Shown here in pieces: positions 27,800-41,241 of a stretch of DNA of 64,000 nucleotides. Below the pieces are notes generated by a model. That model saw only the letters and a list, made by a program, of their open reading frames with translations. It had not been told where the DNA came from and ran no database searches. Origin of the DNA: Camelus dromedarius (taxonomy: Eukaryota); NCBI RefSeq assembly GCF_036321535.1, contig NC_087436.1, forward strand, positions 64,296,001 through 64,360,000, written 5' to 3'. The position numbers and the translations under genes were made by a program. The first letter of the stretch is position 1; each line of letters starts with the position of its first letter.

Positions 27800-28040
27800 T
27801 AATATCTTACTCATTAAAAATGTGCTGTGTACCAGGCACTTTTTTAAGCACTTTGTGTATTAACTTATTTACTCTTCATAACCAACCTATGATGTAGGAA
27901 CTATTATTATTCATTTTACAAATACAGAAATTGAGGCACAAAGAAATTAAATGACTGGTCCAAAGTCCTGGCAGAAGTAGGCTTTGAACTCAGGCAATCT
28001 GCCACAAAATCTGAAATCTTTACCTCTATTACCGCACTAA
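27800..28040 (-). mobile_element. MIR SINE
   Basis: gtgtaccaggcact...cattttacaaatacagaaattgaggcaca...tttgaactcaggcaatctg, antisense MIR. Confidence 0.8.
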
Positions 28041-30548
28041 TACTAAGTGAAATACAATAGACTTTGCAGATGTTTTAGACATTAGAATTCTTACACACAT
28101 TCCTAAAACTGGATAAATATAGTAAAATCTTGAAGGAGATCTGAGAATACAGCACAATTGTGAAGTTTGAATTCATTGTGCTTAAAGATTAACCTGAACT
28201 GAATGTCCAGGTTGATATTTGAAAGGGACGTTTTAAAAAAGATCACATCTGTGCATATGGGAAATCCACCACTGATTATTATAACTGATTAGTGACAGAA
28301 AGAGGCATCTTTGTGTATAGAAAAGAAGTTAAAATATACAATGTTAATCTCACCAGACTTTAACAATGGTTTCGTTTGATAAAAAGTGAACTATTCCCCA
28401 AAAGGAAAAAAAATTAGCCACACACCTTTATTCATGATGTAATTAGGATCAGCTGGACTGACTGAGCTGGGGATTTAATGACCCAGAGGCTTGGTAAGCA
28501 GAACCTGCAAGGACATTGTTATCAGAGACAGAGTCAGAGAAGCATTCCAAAGTTCACAGAAAGCTGGCAGCCTGGAGAGTCGTAGGAAATGAAAGGTCCA
28601 GGGCAAGGTGGGCAGAAGGAGTTCATGGCCCAGGAGCCAAAAAAAAAAAAAAAAAAAAATACTGAAGCAGCTTGATTGCTCAGTCTTGACTGTTTTTATT
28701 TGCTTCACCCCTGGTGAGAGTTCGTCCCGAGAGAACCTGGCCAGCAGGTGAGAGTAACTGAAAACAGCTGGCTGTTAGTGAGGGCAAGGGTAGAGCAGAT
28801 GCTATCTTCTGGTAGGTTTTTTTTTTTTTTTCTTCCCTAACTGGGCAAGTCACATGTAGTTTACTCTTTTAGCCAGACATTATAATGGTTCTTCTTATAA
28901 TCCCATGCCCACAGGCCTGCCATTCTTACATGCTTGAAGGCTGATGTGTCTAAGGAAATATAAATAAAGGATTGGGAATGAAGCATTGATATTGTTCAGT
29001 AAGGTGGATTTGCTGCCATCTCATAGCTGAACTCCAAAGTCATCTTGACAGGAAAGCTGTCATTGGAAGGTGGAAGAGTGCTCCCAAGAAAGCCAGAAGG
29101 AATAAACATGAGCTCTGTTCAGCTGGATTACCTGGAGAGCAGTGCCTCTGCACATTTCCAGAGGGAGCTCTGTGCTAAAAGAACTACATGGTTAGCCAAA
29201 GTTCCCTTGAGCCTGGAAGTGTGTCCTTCCCATCTCTCTTATCAAACCAAATAATCTATAAAGAAAGGCAACCAACCAGGCAAATGGATATATTGAGCCT
29301 TAGACATACATACACTAGCATTTCAGTAGCAGCGCTGGTTGAGTTTTGAAACCATTCAAAATTGTTTCAGTCTGTCTGTGCTTGTGACAGTATTTAATGA
29401 TATCTTGCTGTCGGGTTGTGACAAATGCATCAGGACCTTGACAAACTCTGATTACCAGAAGTAGTCTAAGAGAGTTTCTTTTTTCTGATCATTTTTGACC
29501 TAAGTAAATTATGTAGATTTTGATGTAAATAAAGGTGACTATGAAAGTAGGAATGCAATTCAAATCTGGATATTCTCATAAAATGTTTAAACTTGGAAGG
29601 AACATTCAAGATTATATCCACAATCCACTTATTTACAATTGAGGAAATTGTGGCCCAGAAATTTCAAGTGACTTCCCCATAGGTAATGGGCTGATGCCAG
29701 TTATGAACTGAGTTCCATTTCCAAACAGGTTTCACAGTTTCTTTATTGTAAACACATGTATATTTTTAAGTAAAATATTTATGTTTAGATTTTAGTTGTT
29801 CAAACAAAGACAATTTTGAGGGCTCTTACTGTGTCTAAACATTTACATTATGTCTGGGAATTAAAAATAATTCATGTTCATAATAGAATATTGGGAAAAC
29901 AGGAAGTTTTTAAAGAAAAAAAAATAATGTATCAACCTGCTAAAGGCAATCACTATGCAGAGTTTCGTGTATTTTTAAAATCTTTTTATCTGTGTTATCT
30001 ATTTTGCCTATATATCTATGTATTTTTGCAGTTGTGATTACAGTATAATTTTTATCTTTCTTTTTTTTGTAAGATTTTGGCTCTTTTAAAGTGTTTACAA
30101 CAGTTGAATTTGCATGATATTCCATTAAGAGATAGAATAATTTATGTGCTCTATTTTGTGGCATTTCATTTTTACTATTAGATTTTTGTATACTACAAAT
30201 ACATTTTATAGAAGTGACATTGTGTTTTATCACCATTTCCTCACCTCACATTCTCTCCTCAATCCACTTTAATTCTACATTCTTTGCTTCCACTGTGCTC
30301 AGATTGCTTTGATTAAGGTCACCAAATATTTCCATTTTGCCAAGTTCAGTGTTTGCTTCTTCTATCCTTATCTTAGTTGACTTCTCAGCATCATTTAACA
30401 CAGCTAACTCCCCAATCCTTTTCCTACGCTATTTTAGGACTTCAGGCACACAGAATTGAGTTGATTTCATTCCTCATTGGGTGTCACACTATCATCACTT
30501 TCCCAATTTGTTAAATCTTTGTTTTATTTACTTATTTTTATCTTTCTC

Positions 30549-30979
30549 TGTGGCAGAGAGAATAATGGCCTCCCAGAGATAGTCCTCATTCTAATCCCTG
30601 GAACCTGTGAATGTGTTACCTTGCAGGTTAAAAAGGACTTTGCAGGTGTGGTTAAGTACCTTGCAGTAGGCGGATCCAGTTTAATCACAAGGATTCTTAA
30701 AAGTGGAAGTGGGTGGCAAAAGGGAGAGGGAAGAAAGAAAGGCACAAAAGTATGCAACATTTGTTGGCTTTGGAAATGGACAAAGGGGACCTCTAGAAAC
30801 TAGAATTCTCTCCTAGTGGCTCCAGAAAGGAACACAGCCCTCCTGACTTCTTGATTTTAGCCTACTGAGAACCACATCAAATTTCTGACCTATAGAACTG
30901 TAGAATAATAACATTTGTGTTGCCGTAAGCCACTTAGTTTGTGGCAATCTGTTAACAGCAGCAATAGAAAACTAACACA
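30549..30979 (+). mobile_element. MaLR LTR (MLT1C/D-like)
   Basis: Starts tgtggcagagagaataatggcctccc, ends agcagcaatagaaaactaacaca. Confidence 0.85.
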
Positions 30980-31099
30980 TACCTTTCATCCTCCTTTCTC
31001 AAGCTTGTTCTCCTTCCCCTCTCTAGTGTATTTAATATACTCTTCCACTCATACTTTCAAAGTTTACTTAAATGTACTTACATCCTTAAAAAATTAGAA

Positions 31100-32450
31100 A
31101 ATATTTTACGTTTTTAATACACATAACTGCATAGGTGGTATTGTGCTGTTCATCTTATCTGTTTATTACTTTTTTCACTCAGTGCTGTTACTGAACTCCA
31201 TATTGATATGATGTTTGTTTAGTGATTCTAACTACATCATACTCCATTATTTGAGTATTCCACTGCTGTATCACATTTCATCATATGTATGTAGCACATT
31301 TTACCCATCCAGTCTTCTAGTGATTCTGTCTGCCCATCCTTGTCCATCATATGTGTGGTTCACATTTTACTTATCCAGTGATGGATACTGAGGATGCTTT
31401 TACTACTTTTTACAAAAACAATGTGCCAAACATTGCCTTAGATATCTCTTTGTGGATCAGTATGAGAGTTTCCTTGTGAATACCTTCCAGAGTAGATAAC
31501 ACACATAGCAAAAACTAACTTCACTAAGCACTGACAGGTTGCTCTTCAGAATGGCTGCAACAGTTTCCACTTGAACAAATAGGTCAGAACTCTTCTTTCT
31601 TTTTAGCTTTACCAAAGCTTAATGGTAGAAGCCAGCTTTTTTATTTTTGTCTACTGGATAGATATTAAGTGTTTTCTCATCCCTTGTTTTAATTTGCATT
31701 TCTCTGATTACTAGTGAGACTGAAGATCCTTCTTCAATACTAATTAACCAATTGGGTAGTTGATTCTGTAAATTGACTCTTCAGTCATTATTTTTCTCTT
31801 AGGTTGCCCCCCTCCCCCACGTTGTAAGAACTCTTGATCGGAAGCCTTTGCCATTTTCATTTGGGCAAATATCTTCTTCCTTTCTGTTGCCCTTTAAATA
31901 AGTTTGAGCAGGAATCATTCATTGAAATATAGTCGGAACATGCCATTTTCTCCCTTTTGGTTTGTGATTTGCAGGTGTTTCGGAAACCATTCTTCACCCA
32001 GTGTCATTAATATTTTATCTTACACATTTAGAATCACTCTTAGAATTCAAGTAGATTAACTTGAAGTTTTTATGTTATGAGTTAGGAATACAACACTTTT
32101 GGCTGTAGTTAGGCATTTTTTTTTAAATATACATCACAAATAATGCAAGCTCTCTTCAGTGGTTTGTGATTCTATTTCTGTATAACAAATTCCCATATAC
32201 TCATAGACTCTTTGTTCTCTTTTACTGGTTCATTAGCCTGAATCTAATCCAGGATACCAGTATGGCTTTGCAGTATTCTTAATCCCTCCCTCTTTTTTAC
32301 TCCTTTTCCAAAATTGTGTTAAATTTTTAAAAAAATAGATTGTCAAGTTCCTCCCAAATTTTATGATTGAATTTTGATTAAAAATTCATTGAATTTGGAT
32401 TGATTTGTGGGAATTTGATAAAGTGAATCATGTTAACATCTAGTCTGAAA
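31100..32450 (-). mobile_element. Old L1 (L1ME-like) fragment
   Basis: Antisense L1 motifs such as ttttaatttgcatttctctgattactagtgag. Confidence 0.65.
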
Positions 32451-32560
32451 TCTTGAAGCCTTCTTGCATTTCTTGTTTTTGTTTACGTCCCCCATTCTAC
32501 TACATTACCTTTAATATTTAATATTTAATATATTTACTTAATTTATTAATAATTTATTTA

Positions 32561-32605
<45 letters not shown>

Positions 32606-33011
32606 ATTGCTGTGAATGTGATATGTGGGTTTTCTACGTCTGATCTATGGGCTGTGCTGCCTCCACCTGAATCCATCAATTAGTCTAGTCAAGCTACCTC
32701 TAAAACATCATTGCAACAAATACAACCTTTTCTAAGCCATCGTTCTTTCTCAACTAAGCTTTTACAGTAGCTTCTATCTGGTCTTCCTGCGTATGTTTTT
32801 CCTTTTTGGAATCAATTCTCTAGAGTACTGAGAAGGAACATTTTAAAACACAAATGAGTCATATCTCTCTCGTGATTTCTACCCTCTAGTGGTTTTTCTT
32901 TATTCTTTCAGTGAAATAAAAACTCGCTTCATTGGTTTACAAAACCCTTTCCTGCTATGTCCACGTTTACATCTGCAGCCTCATTTATGTCACTTTATAT
33001 CCATATTGAAC

Positions 33012-33924
33012 CAGCGTGCTGGAGTCAGCTTGCTTTGGACCTGTGGGAAGCAACTGGTAAATTTTCAGAAAATTAGCAAGCCAGTTGTTAAAACCAACTA
33101 TTAAAAATACTATATAATCTTACAATTAAGTAAATTACATCACAATCAAATGCAGTAAATACTCCAAGATCATCACTTTCTAATCATTTTATTACATTTT
33201 ACTATTATCTATAAAATATATAGATATTTGGGGGGTCTTTTCATGTGTACTGTATGTATATGATCAAAATACTATGTAATGGTTTGCTTTTGCACCTCTC
33301 TTCCCAATTTCATGTACAGTGAAGTTGTGTTGATAGCTTCAGATCAACTCTGGAGGGAGTGTTTAACCATAGAAATGGGAAAACATTATAAATCAGGGCT
33401 TACTTAATGTTTCATTGATTGTCTAGACGTGCGAAAGTATTGGAGAAAATTATTAGTGTAGATTTAACAGTGTGTCTGTGTAGCTGTCACATTATGAATG
33501 GCATAAAAATTCGAGGAGATATTCCAGAATTTAGAAACTATTGTGCAATATAGCAAAGAAATTACTCACATTACCCAGGAAATAGTGAAGTTTCAACATT
33601 TGTCTTTGTTGTTTTATTTTCATCTTGCTCATAAAAATAAACAGAAATATCAATCAGCATTCACTTAGGAACTACAGTTATATTAGTTACAGCCTAACTT
33701 TGGCTACAGATACAAGAATTCAGAAAGTCAGTGACAGCTTTCGGTGAGAATCAATTGGCTATATAGAATTTACAACATAGGCTATTGCATATTTTATTAT
33801 TGTTTGCAAATTGTGTGTTATATATCTTTTATATCAGTAAAATTTATAATAAACTGAATGTATATTTCTATATACACATGTATTTTTCTAGAAAGCCTGT
33901 TAAACATTTATCAACACACCTCTG
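33012..33924. mobile_element. hAT-Blackjack DNA transposon (MER63-like, ~910 bp) inserted into an L2 (L2-like flanks ~32690-33011 and ~33925-34300)
   Basis: Ends cagcgtgctggagtcagcttg...agccagttgttaaa and agcctgttaaacatttatcaacacacctctg match MER63-type termini as I recall them. Confidence 0.75.
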
Positions 33925-35019
33925 CTCACCCCCCTTACCCATGAAGCTCTCACTTCAGCGCCTTTGCCTTAGTTATGCCCTCTGCCTTGATTGTTCCTCC
34001 TCATTTTTACGTGAATATTTCCTCTGCAGTCCTCAGTTTGTCACCTTCGTAGAGACCTTCTTTGACAAAAAAGTAAAATAGTTACTCTTTACCACATCAT
34101 CCTATTTTAATTCCCTGAAGAAGACTAGATACTTTCATTAATTATTTTCTGTTTATTATCTGCCTCCCAAGTTCTACCTTTATCCCTCTAAAATATAAGA
34201 TGCCATGAGATTTGGTATCTGGCTTAATCACTGCTGTATTCACAGGGCCTTGAACAATATCTAGCATTTATTAAACACTAGAAAATATTTTTTAGCTAAA
34301 TCAATTAGTATAATGAATCTATGCGATGATTAGTAAATGATGTGACTGTTTTAAGAAATTGGTGAAATTTTGTTTTTTCCAGCAACCTAATATAAACTTA
34401 AACTTTTCAATAAATTCGTATATTTAAGGAACTTAATTTAAGGAACTTTTTTCTTTTTAGATTATCACAGAAATTTTACATTTAAAGATTGCAATTTGAT
34501 TTTTAATTACATTTACAATAAGTGTGGTGAAATGTTATCAAAACTGACATTGCTCTGACTTGAGGGTACTTGTTTGAAGAGTATAATTTTTTTTCATACT
34601 GCAATGATGCAGGAAGAAATCAAATTATTTACCTTTCTGGAAAAATACAGAAATAGCATGAAATATACCACTTGAAGGTTTATTCTGTCTTAATCTGCAG
34701 GTACTATCTAGTATATTTGTTGTGGAGGAAACCACTGCACTGAAGACTGATACTGCGTTTTAAATACATCAAATATGTTTGATTCTTAAAATTCATACAG
34801 TATCTTCATCTTTACAATTTTTTCTGATCAGAATAATTTTACTTTGCAATTCAGTTGAGGTGGAGAAGATAAGTAGAGTCATGGAACTAGATGGTGTTTT
34901 CTTCTGCTGTGTTTTCTGGGATAAGAAGACTAACTGGAGGGTCCTAAAAAGGATAATACATGATCAATTAAAATAATTCACTTCTCTTAGAGAATTTCCA
35001 ACTTCTTTACTTTTGTTAC

Positions 35020-35650
35020 CGACCTTCCTGGGTCAGTCCAAGGGTCAGGTCCTTGGGGCGGGTCCTTCTGCCCTGTGTAGTTCAGGCCAATAGAACAAGA
35101 CTGAGTTGGGCTCAGAAGGATGGGAAGGCTTCATTCTCTGATCAGACCGTGGATTGGTGCCAGCTGGTGCTCTGGAGGCCACGCGCGCCAGGACAGGCAT
35201 TGGGAGGGGCTGCTTTAGAGGGATCTGGTCAGCGGGTCGGGGAGCGGGAGCAGTTCTCGCGGGGCGGGCGCAGCCGTGCAGCTCGCGGGACTTCAGCGCT
35301 CGCTGGGCGCCCGCGCAGCGTCTCTGCACACCGGCCGCCGCCATCTTGCAGTGTCCCGCGCTGCGCTGCTGCACGCGCCCCCGTGAGGCGTCCGCCCGGC
35401 ACTTCCCAAGAGGAGCTCCGGTCTGCACGGCCCTGTGAGCAAGTGAAAATAAGAGTAAGCACGATGGAAAGGAAAAGGGAAAAAAAATGGTTAGACTTTA
35501 TTTTATTACCGACAGTCTGTTTTTATTTCCGGGGAGTTGTTAATGGGGTTTGCCAGAGACGCTTTCTGAGAAAGAGGCGGCCTTACCTGAACAGTAATTC
35601 AGGTATGCACGCACACGTGTGCACGTATTCTAATTGGATACGCCAATAAA
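35020..35650. promoter_or_regulatory. CpG-island, promoter-like element
   Basis: Dense CpGs at 35180-35440. GC boxes GGGGCGGG at 35055-35062 and 35261-35268, CCAAT at 35087-35091, ATTGG at 35153-35157, YY1 GCCGCCATCTTG at 35337-35348, E-box CACGTG at 35614-35619. Plus-strand donors AGA|gtaagc (35454/35455) and CAG|gtatgc (35602/35603). Confidence 0.75.
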
Positions 35651-36371
35651 GTATTATGGGAATACAGATTACTGCAATGTCCTGTAATCGTCATTGATTC
35701 ACTTTATGAAGTAACAGACTAAATATTTTAAGTAATTTGCTGTGGTGAATGGTGAATCAGCGATAAAGACAGTAGTCAAGGGATAACAAAGGAAAGAATA
35801 TAAATATTATTCCAGAAGTATTCTTCCTTGTGAGGCTGAATCATTTTGAGAGACTGGCTAAGGCATAGTTTTAAAGTTGTGTTATATTTATTAATTTATG
35901 GGTCATTAATCTAGGGAGCTGGCCAACTAAGTAGTTACCCTATTAAATAATGGCACTATAAATCCAGGTAATTCCTAAATATCTCACTATTTACATTCTA
36001 AATTGAGCTAGTCATAGGACCTTTCAGTGCTTGATTGTGAGTTTGTGTGTGTATGTGTGTGATTAGACACTTGTAAATTTTGACATTGACGATGTTAATC
36101 ACACTGTAGCTACCTTGTCCTTTTTCGTATCAACTCGACTGTTAGTAGACTTTAGCTAAGCACCTGATCCAAGAGTCACTGTATATTTCTTTTAGATTAA
36201 GCTGAGGATTCTATGGATATTTTTTTCCAGTACTACGCCTTGAGGCAGGTGTAACTATTTCAAATCATATAATAAATCCTGACTCCTAAACTTAATTATT
36301 TAGAAACTTGCCTTTCAAATATTGGCAAATTCTAGTGATGTTTTGTGTAATTATAAAACCAGTCATGTGCC

Positions 36372-36823
36372 GGTAAGGGAATAAAAGAATTTACCCTCTT
36401 CCCTTCTAGGTTCTTTGGCTGGTCTAATAATTAAGCTGATATGAAACAGATTAACAGGAGAAGAACAAACAAAATTATGTATGTGCAGGAGCCCCATAAA
36501 GATGAAGACTCAAAAGGCAGCTGGGTAACTGAAGCTTATATAACATCCTAGCTAAGGAAAGGGGTGGAAGACCATACAGAGGAAGGCAGAGATGTTTAGA
36601 AAACAAAAGTTACTCTGTTACCTGATAAGTTTCTTAAGTAGAAAGGTATCTCTGGTAATAGCTCTTTTCCTTGTACAGGCCTCCTATCCAGTGGAAATTA
36701 AGGCTATTGAGGGAGAGGTAAAGAGCTGTCCCTGAATCGGTTGGGATTTTGATTACCTTTAGCTCAAAATTATCTTCATGCCAAAATGACATATTTGGGG
36801 GTGACAAAATCTGCTCCCCTTCA
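36372..36823 (-). mobile_element. Solo ERV1 LTR (MER41-like group)
   Basis: Ends ttagctcaaaattatcttcatgccaaaatgacatatttggggg...ccccttCA; near-TSD TGCC/TGCT; this end is shared with the LTRs at 40306 and 41242. Confidence 0.75.
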
Positions 36824-37207
36824 TGCTCAGTGGAAAAAAATGGGTGTACCTCAAAGGTCATAATTAATCAGAATTCTTTTTTTAGCTAGAACAGAAAGTA
36901 TTAAAAAAAATCATGACACTATGGATATTGTCATGTTAAAAATGTTTTGGTAATTTTCCTCTTCCTTATATTGCTTTCATCAAATATGAAAATTAAAAGT
37001 AATAACTCTGGAGGAGACTGAAGAAATGTAGAAGTTACCAGTCTATTAAGGGAAAAGGAAAACACCATTTTTTTGTTAGACAAGTTTCACTTATTTAACA
37101 GTTTTGGGCTAATTATTTTAAGTGTTTATGATACATATTGATTATAGGAATAAGCGCTTATTAGGGAACAGACTCAATAAATACAGGTACATCAGCCTAG
37201 TGACAAT

Positions 37208-37537
37208 TACTGACCTGAATCAAATAGTACTGCCAGATACTCATCCAACAAAGATGAGTTTATTCAGGATCAGCAAAGAATTGCACCTGGGGTCTACAAC
37301 CATGACAGGCCACTTGCAAGCCCTCACACAGCAAGGGACGGGGAGGGCTTTTAAAGAGAGGAAAAGGAAGTTGGGAGGGCTATAATAAAGAAAATCCCTG
37401 GCTTTTCATTGGCTGGATCCTTGCTAGGAAGAGTGAGTCCTCTTCTTATTGGGTTCTGCTATCAGCACAGGCCGCGAGAGCTCCCCTTTTGTTTTCCCAA
37501 CTGTTTATTTCAGGTGTCTGGTTATTAGTTTTTTAAA
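37208..37537 (-). mobile_element. Short solo ERV LTR, copy 1
   Basis: Aligns end to end with 39152-39470 (tccaacaaagatg..tttattcaggatc, cacttgcaag, aagttgggagggct, cttttcattggc, gagagctcccctt). Confidence 0.75.
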
Positions 37538-37791
37538 ATGATTAAAGGCTCATATATGTCATTTACACACTACCTCATTCAACCAAATTTATTGAACGCC
37601 TAATGTAGTATCAAATGAAGTACTGTTTGATCATAGTCTGCTGTCTCAGATTTTATTACCAATTGCTTTCTTTACTTTTTCTTTTTTAAATTGAAATATA
37701 GTTGATTGACACTACTTAGTTTCAGGTTGCTTTATTTTCTAATCTGTAGGTAACTGGTTTAGGTAACTGGTTACAGATACTTGATGTAGAC

Positions 37792-38012
37792 TTTTTTTTT
37801 TTTAATTGAGTTATAGTCATTTTACAATGTTGTGTCAAGTTCCAGTGTAGAGCATAACTTTTCAGTTATACATGAACATACATATATTCATTGTCACTTT
37901 TTTTTTTCACTGTGAGCTACCACAAGATCTTGTATATATTTCCCTGTGCTATACAGTATAATCTTGTTTATCTATTCTATCTATGCCTGTCAGTATCTAC
38001 AAATTTTGGTCC
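37792..38012 (-). mobile_element. 5'-truncated lineage-specific L1 3' end
   Basis: Poly-T followed by aattgagttatagtcattttacaatgttgtgtcaag...; TSD AGACTTTTT at 37788 and 38013. Confidence 0.85.
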
Positions 38013-39151
38013 AGACTTTTTAATTTAAAAGTATTCATTTTTTACTTAATAAAAAAGGAAATCCTCAGAAGATTGCTTAACTTTGCATCACAGGGTAGTA
38101 CTACTACACTGAGTCATATTTTCCTTTTATGTGTGGAAGGCCTTTTGTCAGTTGTCTTAGTTATATCAAGGCCAAGACTACATTATTGGACCTTGTATAC
38201 TAAAAATATAAAAATTTACTTCTCCATTTAGCTTCTTTCCTTGTTTTCTCATTTATTCTTCATATTCTGTCCTACATTCAACTTCTTATCTGTTTCCATA
38301 AATATTTTGAAGAGCCTAAAATCTGTCCCATGCCATGCCAAGTTCTGGGAAAGATGTATACTTTCAGTCTTTGCCTAATGGGTGATGAAACACAAGGTAA
38401 CAGGTAATTTCAGCATATGTAAAAGGTGTCGGCTTATTGCACCTTGCTGTTTAAATTATATGCTGCCTCCAGTCACTTTTAGAAATGGGGATGAGTTATA
38501 GGTGCATTTTTCACATTTGGAAATGTGAACTATGTTGGCTGGCCAGATTTCTCTTAATCAAGTTTTATACAAATAGTCTGTGACAAAAGTGAAACAGCTG
38601 TTACTTCTGTATTTCCACTCTCCTTTATCTTGAAATTCCAAAGCCAAAGAAAGCATGTCTATGTATATAAGCATCTCTGTACCTAAAATATAACTATAAA
38701 AATAAGCATAAATAAGTTTTCAATGCAGTAGATAAAATGGAAAAATATATTTAGATTTTTAGACAGAAGAGAAAGAGATTTCTTTTTTTCTGGATAAAAT
38801 AGCACAACTATTAATTATGTTCCCACAAGCATACAATACTTCCCAGAAGGCTAACTAAGGAAAGTTAAACAGTGCAAATGATTTAGCATTAAAATAGATT
38901 CAGCCTCATCAGTTGATTACACAACTCGTCAGTTTGTGTGATTTTTAACCATTATTTAACTTTATTTTTTTCCCATATGGACTTGTTAGTTAATTAATTG
39001 ATTTTTGGCTGACTCACAATATAATAAATTAGCTGACCTCACAATATAATAAAATGAATGATTATTTAAGTATTAAGAATAAAAGTAAGCATAAAAAGGA
39101 AATCACAATAATTTTAACTCATTGGGCATTTTTCTATCAAGTGCTTACCCT

Positions 39152-39470
39152 TGTTGACCTGAACTAAATCGACTGCTAGATATTTCTCCAACAAAGATGG
39201 ATTTATTCAGGATCGGAAGAGAATTATTATTTGGAATCTGCAACTGTGGTGACCCACTTGCAAGTCCCCATGAGCACTTTTATAGGGGAAAAAGAAAGTT
39301 GGGAGGGCTCTAGTAAACAAAGAGTCCATGACTTTTCATTGGCCAGGTCTTTACTCGGAAAGAAGAGGAGTCTTCATGTTGGGCTCTGTTATCATCAAAG
39401 GGTGTGAGAGCTCCCCTTTCTGGTCTCACAATTCTGTTTAAGTGAGGTTTCCACTTACTAATTTTCCACA
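39152..39470 (-). mobile_element. Short solo ERV LTR, copy 2
   Basis: TG...CA termini, antisense poly(A) signal TTTATT near 39202, same family as 37208-37537. Confidence 0.8.
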
Positions 39471-40305
39471 CTGTCTTTTTCTAAGCGTCTCACCCAGTGG
39501 AAGTATTTGGTTAATTAGTGGCTAGGCAACAGGATGTTTTGTAGACTTGGTGGAAATTTCTAAACTCCTCAATTAACTTGTTCAATTGACATCTTTGGAT
39601 TTTCCCATTCTCAAGCTCAAAACAAAGTTAGCAGCCCATTTTTAAATTAGCTTATGCAAATGAAGAGTATTTGAGCTGAGGCAATCAGAATTTACATATC
39701 AATGTTATGTGGAATTTTCTTTAGTTTAGTGCTAGGGCAATACCTCTACACATTGGTGGACCCAGGAGAAAGTTTTTGAGTAGAAGCTATTAAAAGGGGG
39801 GAAAATGAAACAAAACAAAAAAACAAAACAAAACAAAAAACAGTTCCCATTTTGCCAATCTTTGTTTTAGGAATTTATTGTAATCCTTATTAATTAATAA
39901 GATTATTAAGAAATACTTTTAGCCCAATTTGGAATGAAAGCTCTTTAATGAGAATATCAAAGTGTTAATTAGCTAGACTTTTATTGTTAAAGACTTGGAC
40001 CTTTTTTTACATTTAAAATATGTGGTTGTATTTATTTATAAAAATTTTTCTCTTAATATTAGATGCTTAGTTCTGTCGTTTATATTTGTATTTTCTATGA
40101 CCTATTTCCTAACCCGCCACCTCTGTGTGTGTGTTTGTGTATTTGTGAGAGAGAGAAACAAAGTAGGAGAGACAGAGACAAAGGGGGAAGAAAATTGATT
40201 CTGAATCTAAGTGTATAAAAAACAATTACTAAGTAATACAGATTTTTTATTTTATGACATTTACACTTTAATTTCAGGGGCACACTGAATTAAATTGTAT
40301 GTTAG

Positions 40306-40871
40306 TGTAAAAGAGGTAAAACTTTCCTCTTTGCTTTCTTAGATTCAAAGTTTGGAGCCTCCACATTAAAGTGACGCGAGACAGATAAGCAGGGGAAAAG
40401 ATTTATTTTGTATGCATGTGGGGGGCATCCCAGAGAAGAAGTGGAAACCCAGAAAGTGAGTTACATCTGGGGGCCTATGTACCATTTTAACAAAGCATAG
40501 AAGAGTATATATCAGAGACTTGATACAGAAAAATGTTTGGGGGCTTCTGGGAAAGGGAAGGAATTGTGGGAAATATGTGGGGAGCATGAGTAATAAGGAT
40601 CATATAGTAAGGTTTGTTGTGCAGATTTCTTTCATCTCAGGAGATAAGAGTTGTCTCCAGAGTAGTTCTCTTAATCCTGGTACGGGGGAGGAGGATACCT
40701 CTACAAATGTAAATTTCCCTTCTATAAGGGAAATTTATATTCTGCTTTTAGGTAGAAAGTGGAAGGGCAAATAGCTCCTCTTGAGTTTGCTGTTTCTTAA
40801 TTGCTTTTAGCTCAAAATAATCCTTAAACCAATGTGGCATATTCTGGGGTCACATAGTCTGATCCTTTTCA
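40306..40871 (-). mobile_element. Solo ERV1 LTR (MER41-like) with tandem GAS motifs
   Basis: TG...CA termini, TTTATT near 40401, end ttagctcaaaataatccttaaaccaatgtggcatattctggggt; TTCTGGGAA at 40545-40553. Confidence 0.8.
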
Positions 40872-41241
40872 TTCTCTTTAGAATGCCATTAATTGTCCAG
40901 CAAGAGAATTTTCTTCCAATTTGTATTGATGTATCTTAACTTTAACATACTGTATCCCTTACCTCAATATTTACTAACTAAAAGGTAGCAGAAATGTGTA
41001 TCTTAAAGCATGCAAATGGCAAATGAGGCTATTCAAAAAATAAAGTCCAGGTTGTATGCTTTCCACCTTTTATCAGTAAGTATTAATTGACTACCAGTAT
41101 GTTCTAGGAGTTGTTTAGATACTGAGAACACAGCAATGGGATAGAAATGAGCAACAGGCAGAATATTTTGCTTTCTTGGATAGGCAGTCTAGGAGGAGCA
41201 GATAGAGAAGAAAACAATGGAAATATAGTTCAGTGAAATAC

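Noticed and set aside
35045..35649. Overlapping 77-198 aa ORFs on both strands as protein genes
   Set aside because: Expected in stop-poor GC-rich DNA; A/R/G/P-rich with no recognisable domain. The - strand ATG frame is kept only as a hypothesis under the promoter finding.
37208..39470. Two same-family LTRs in direct orientation as the ends of one provirus
   Set aside because: The copies are clearly diverged, no shared outer TSD is visible, and the 1.6-kb interior is AT-rich host-like DNA plus L1 pieces with no PBS, PPT or gag/pol remnant. Independent solo insertions fit better.
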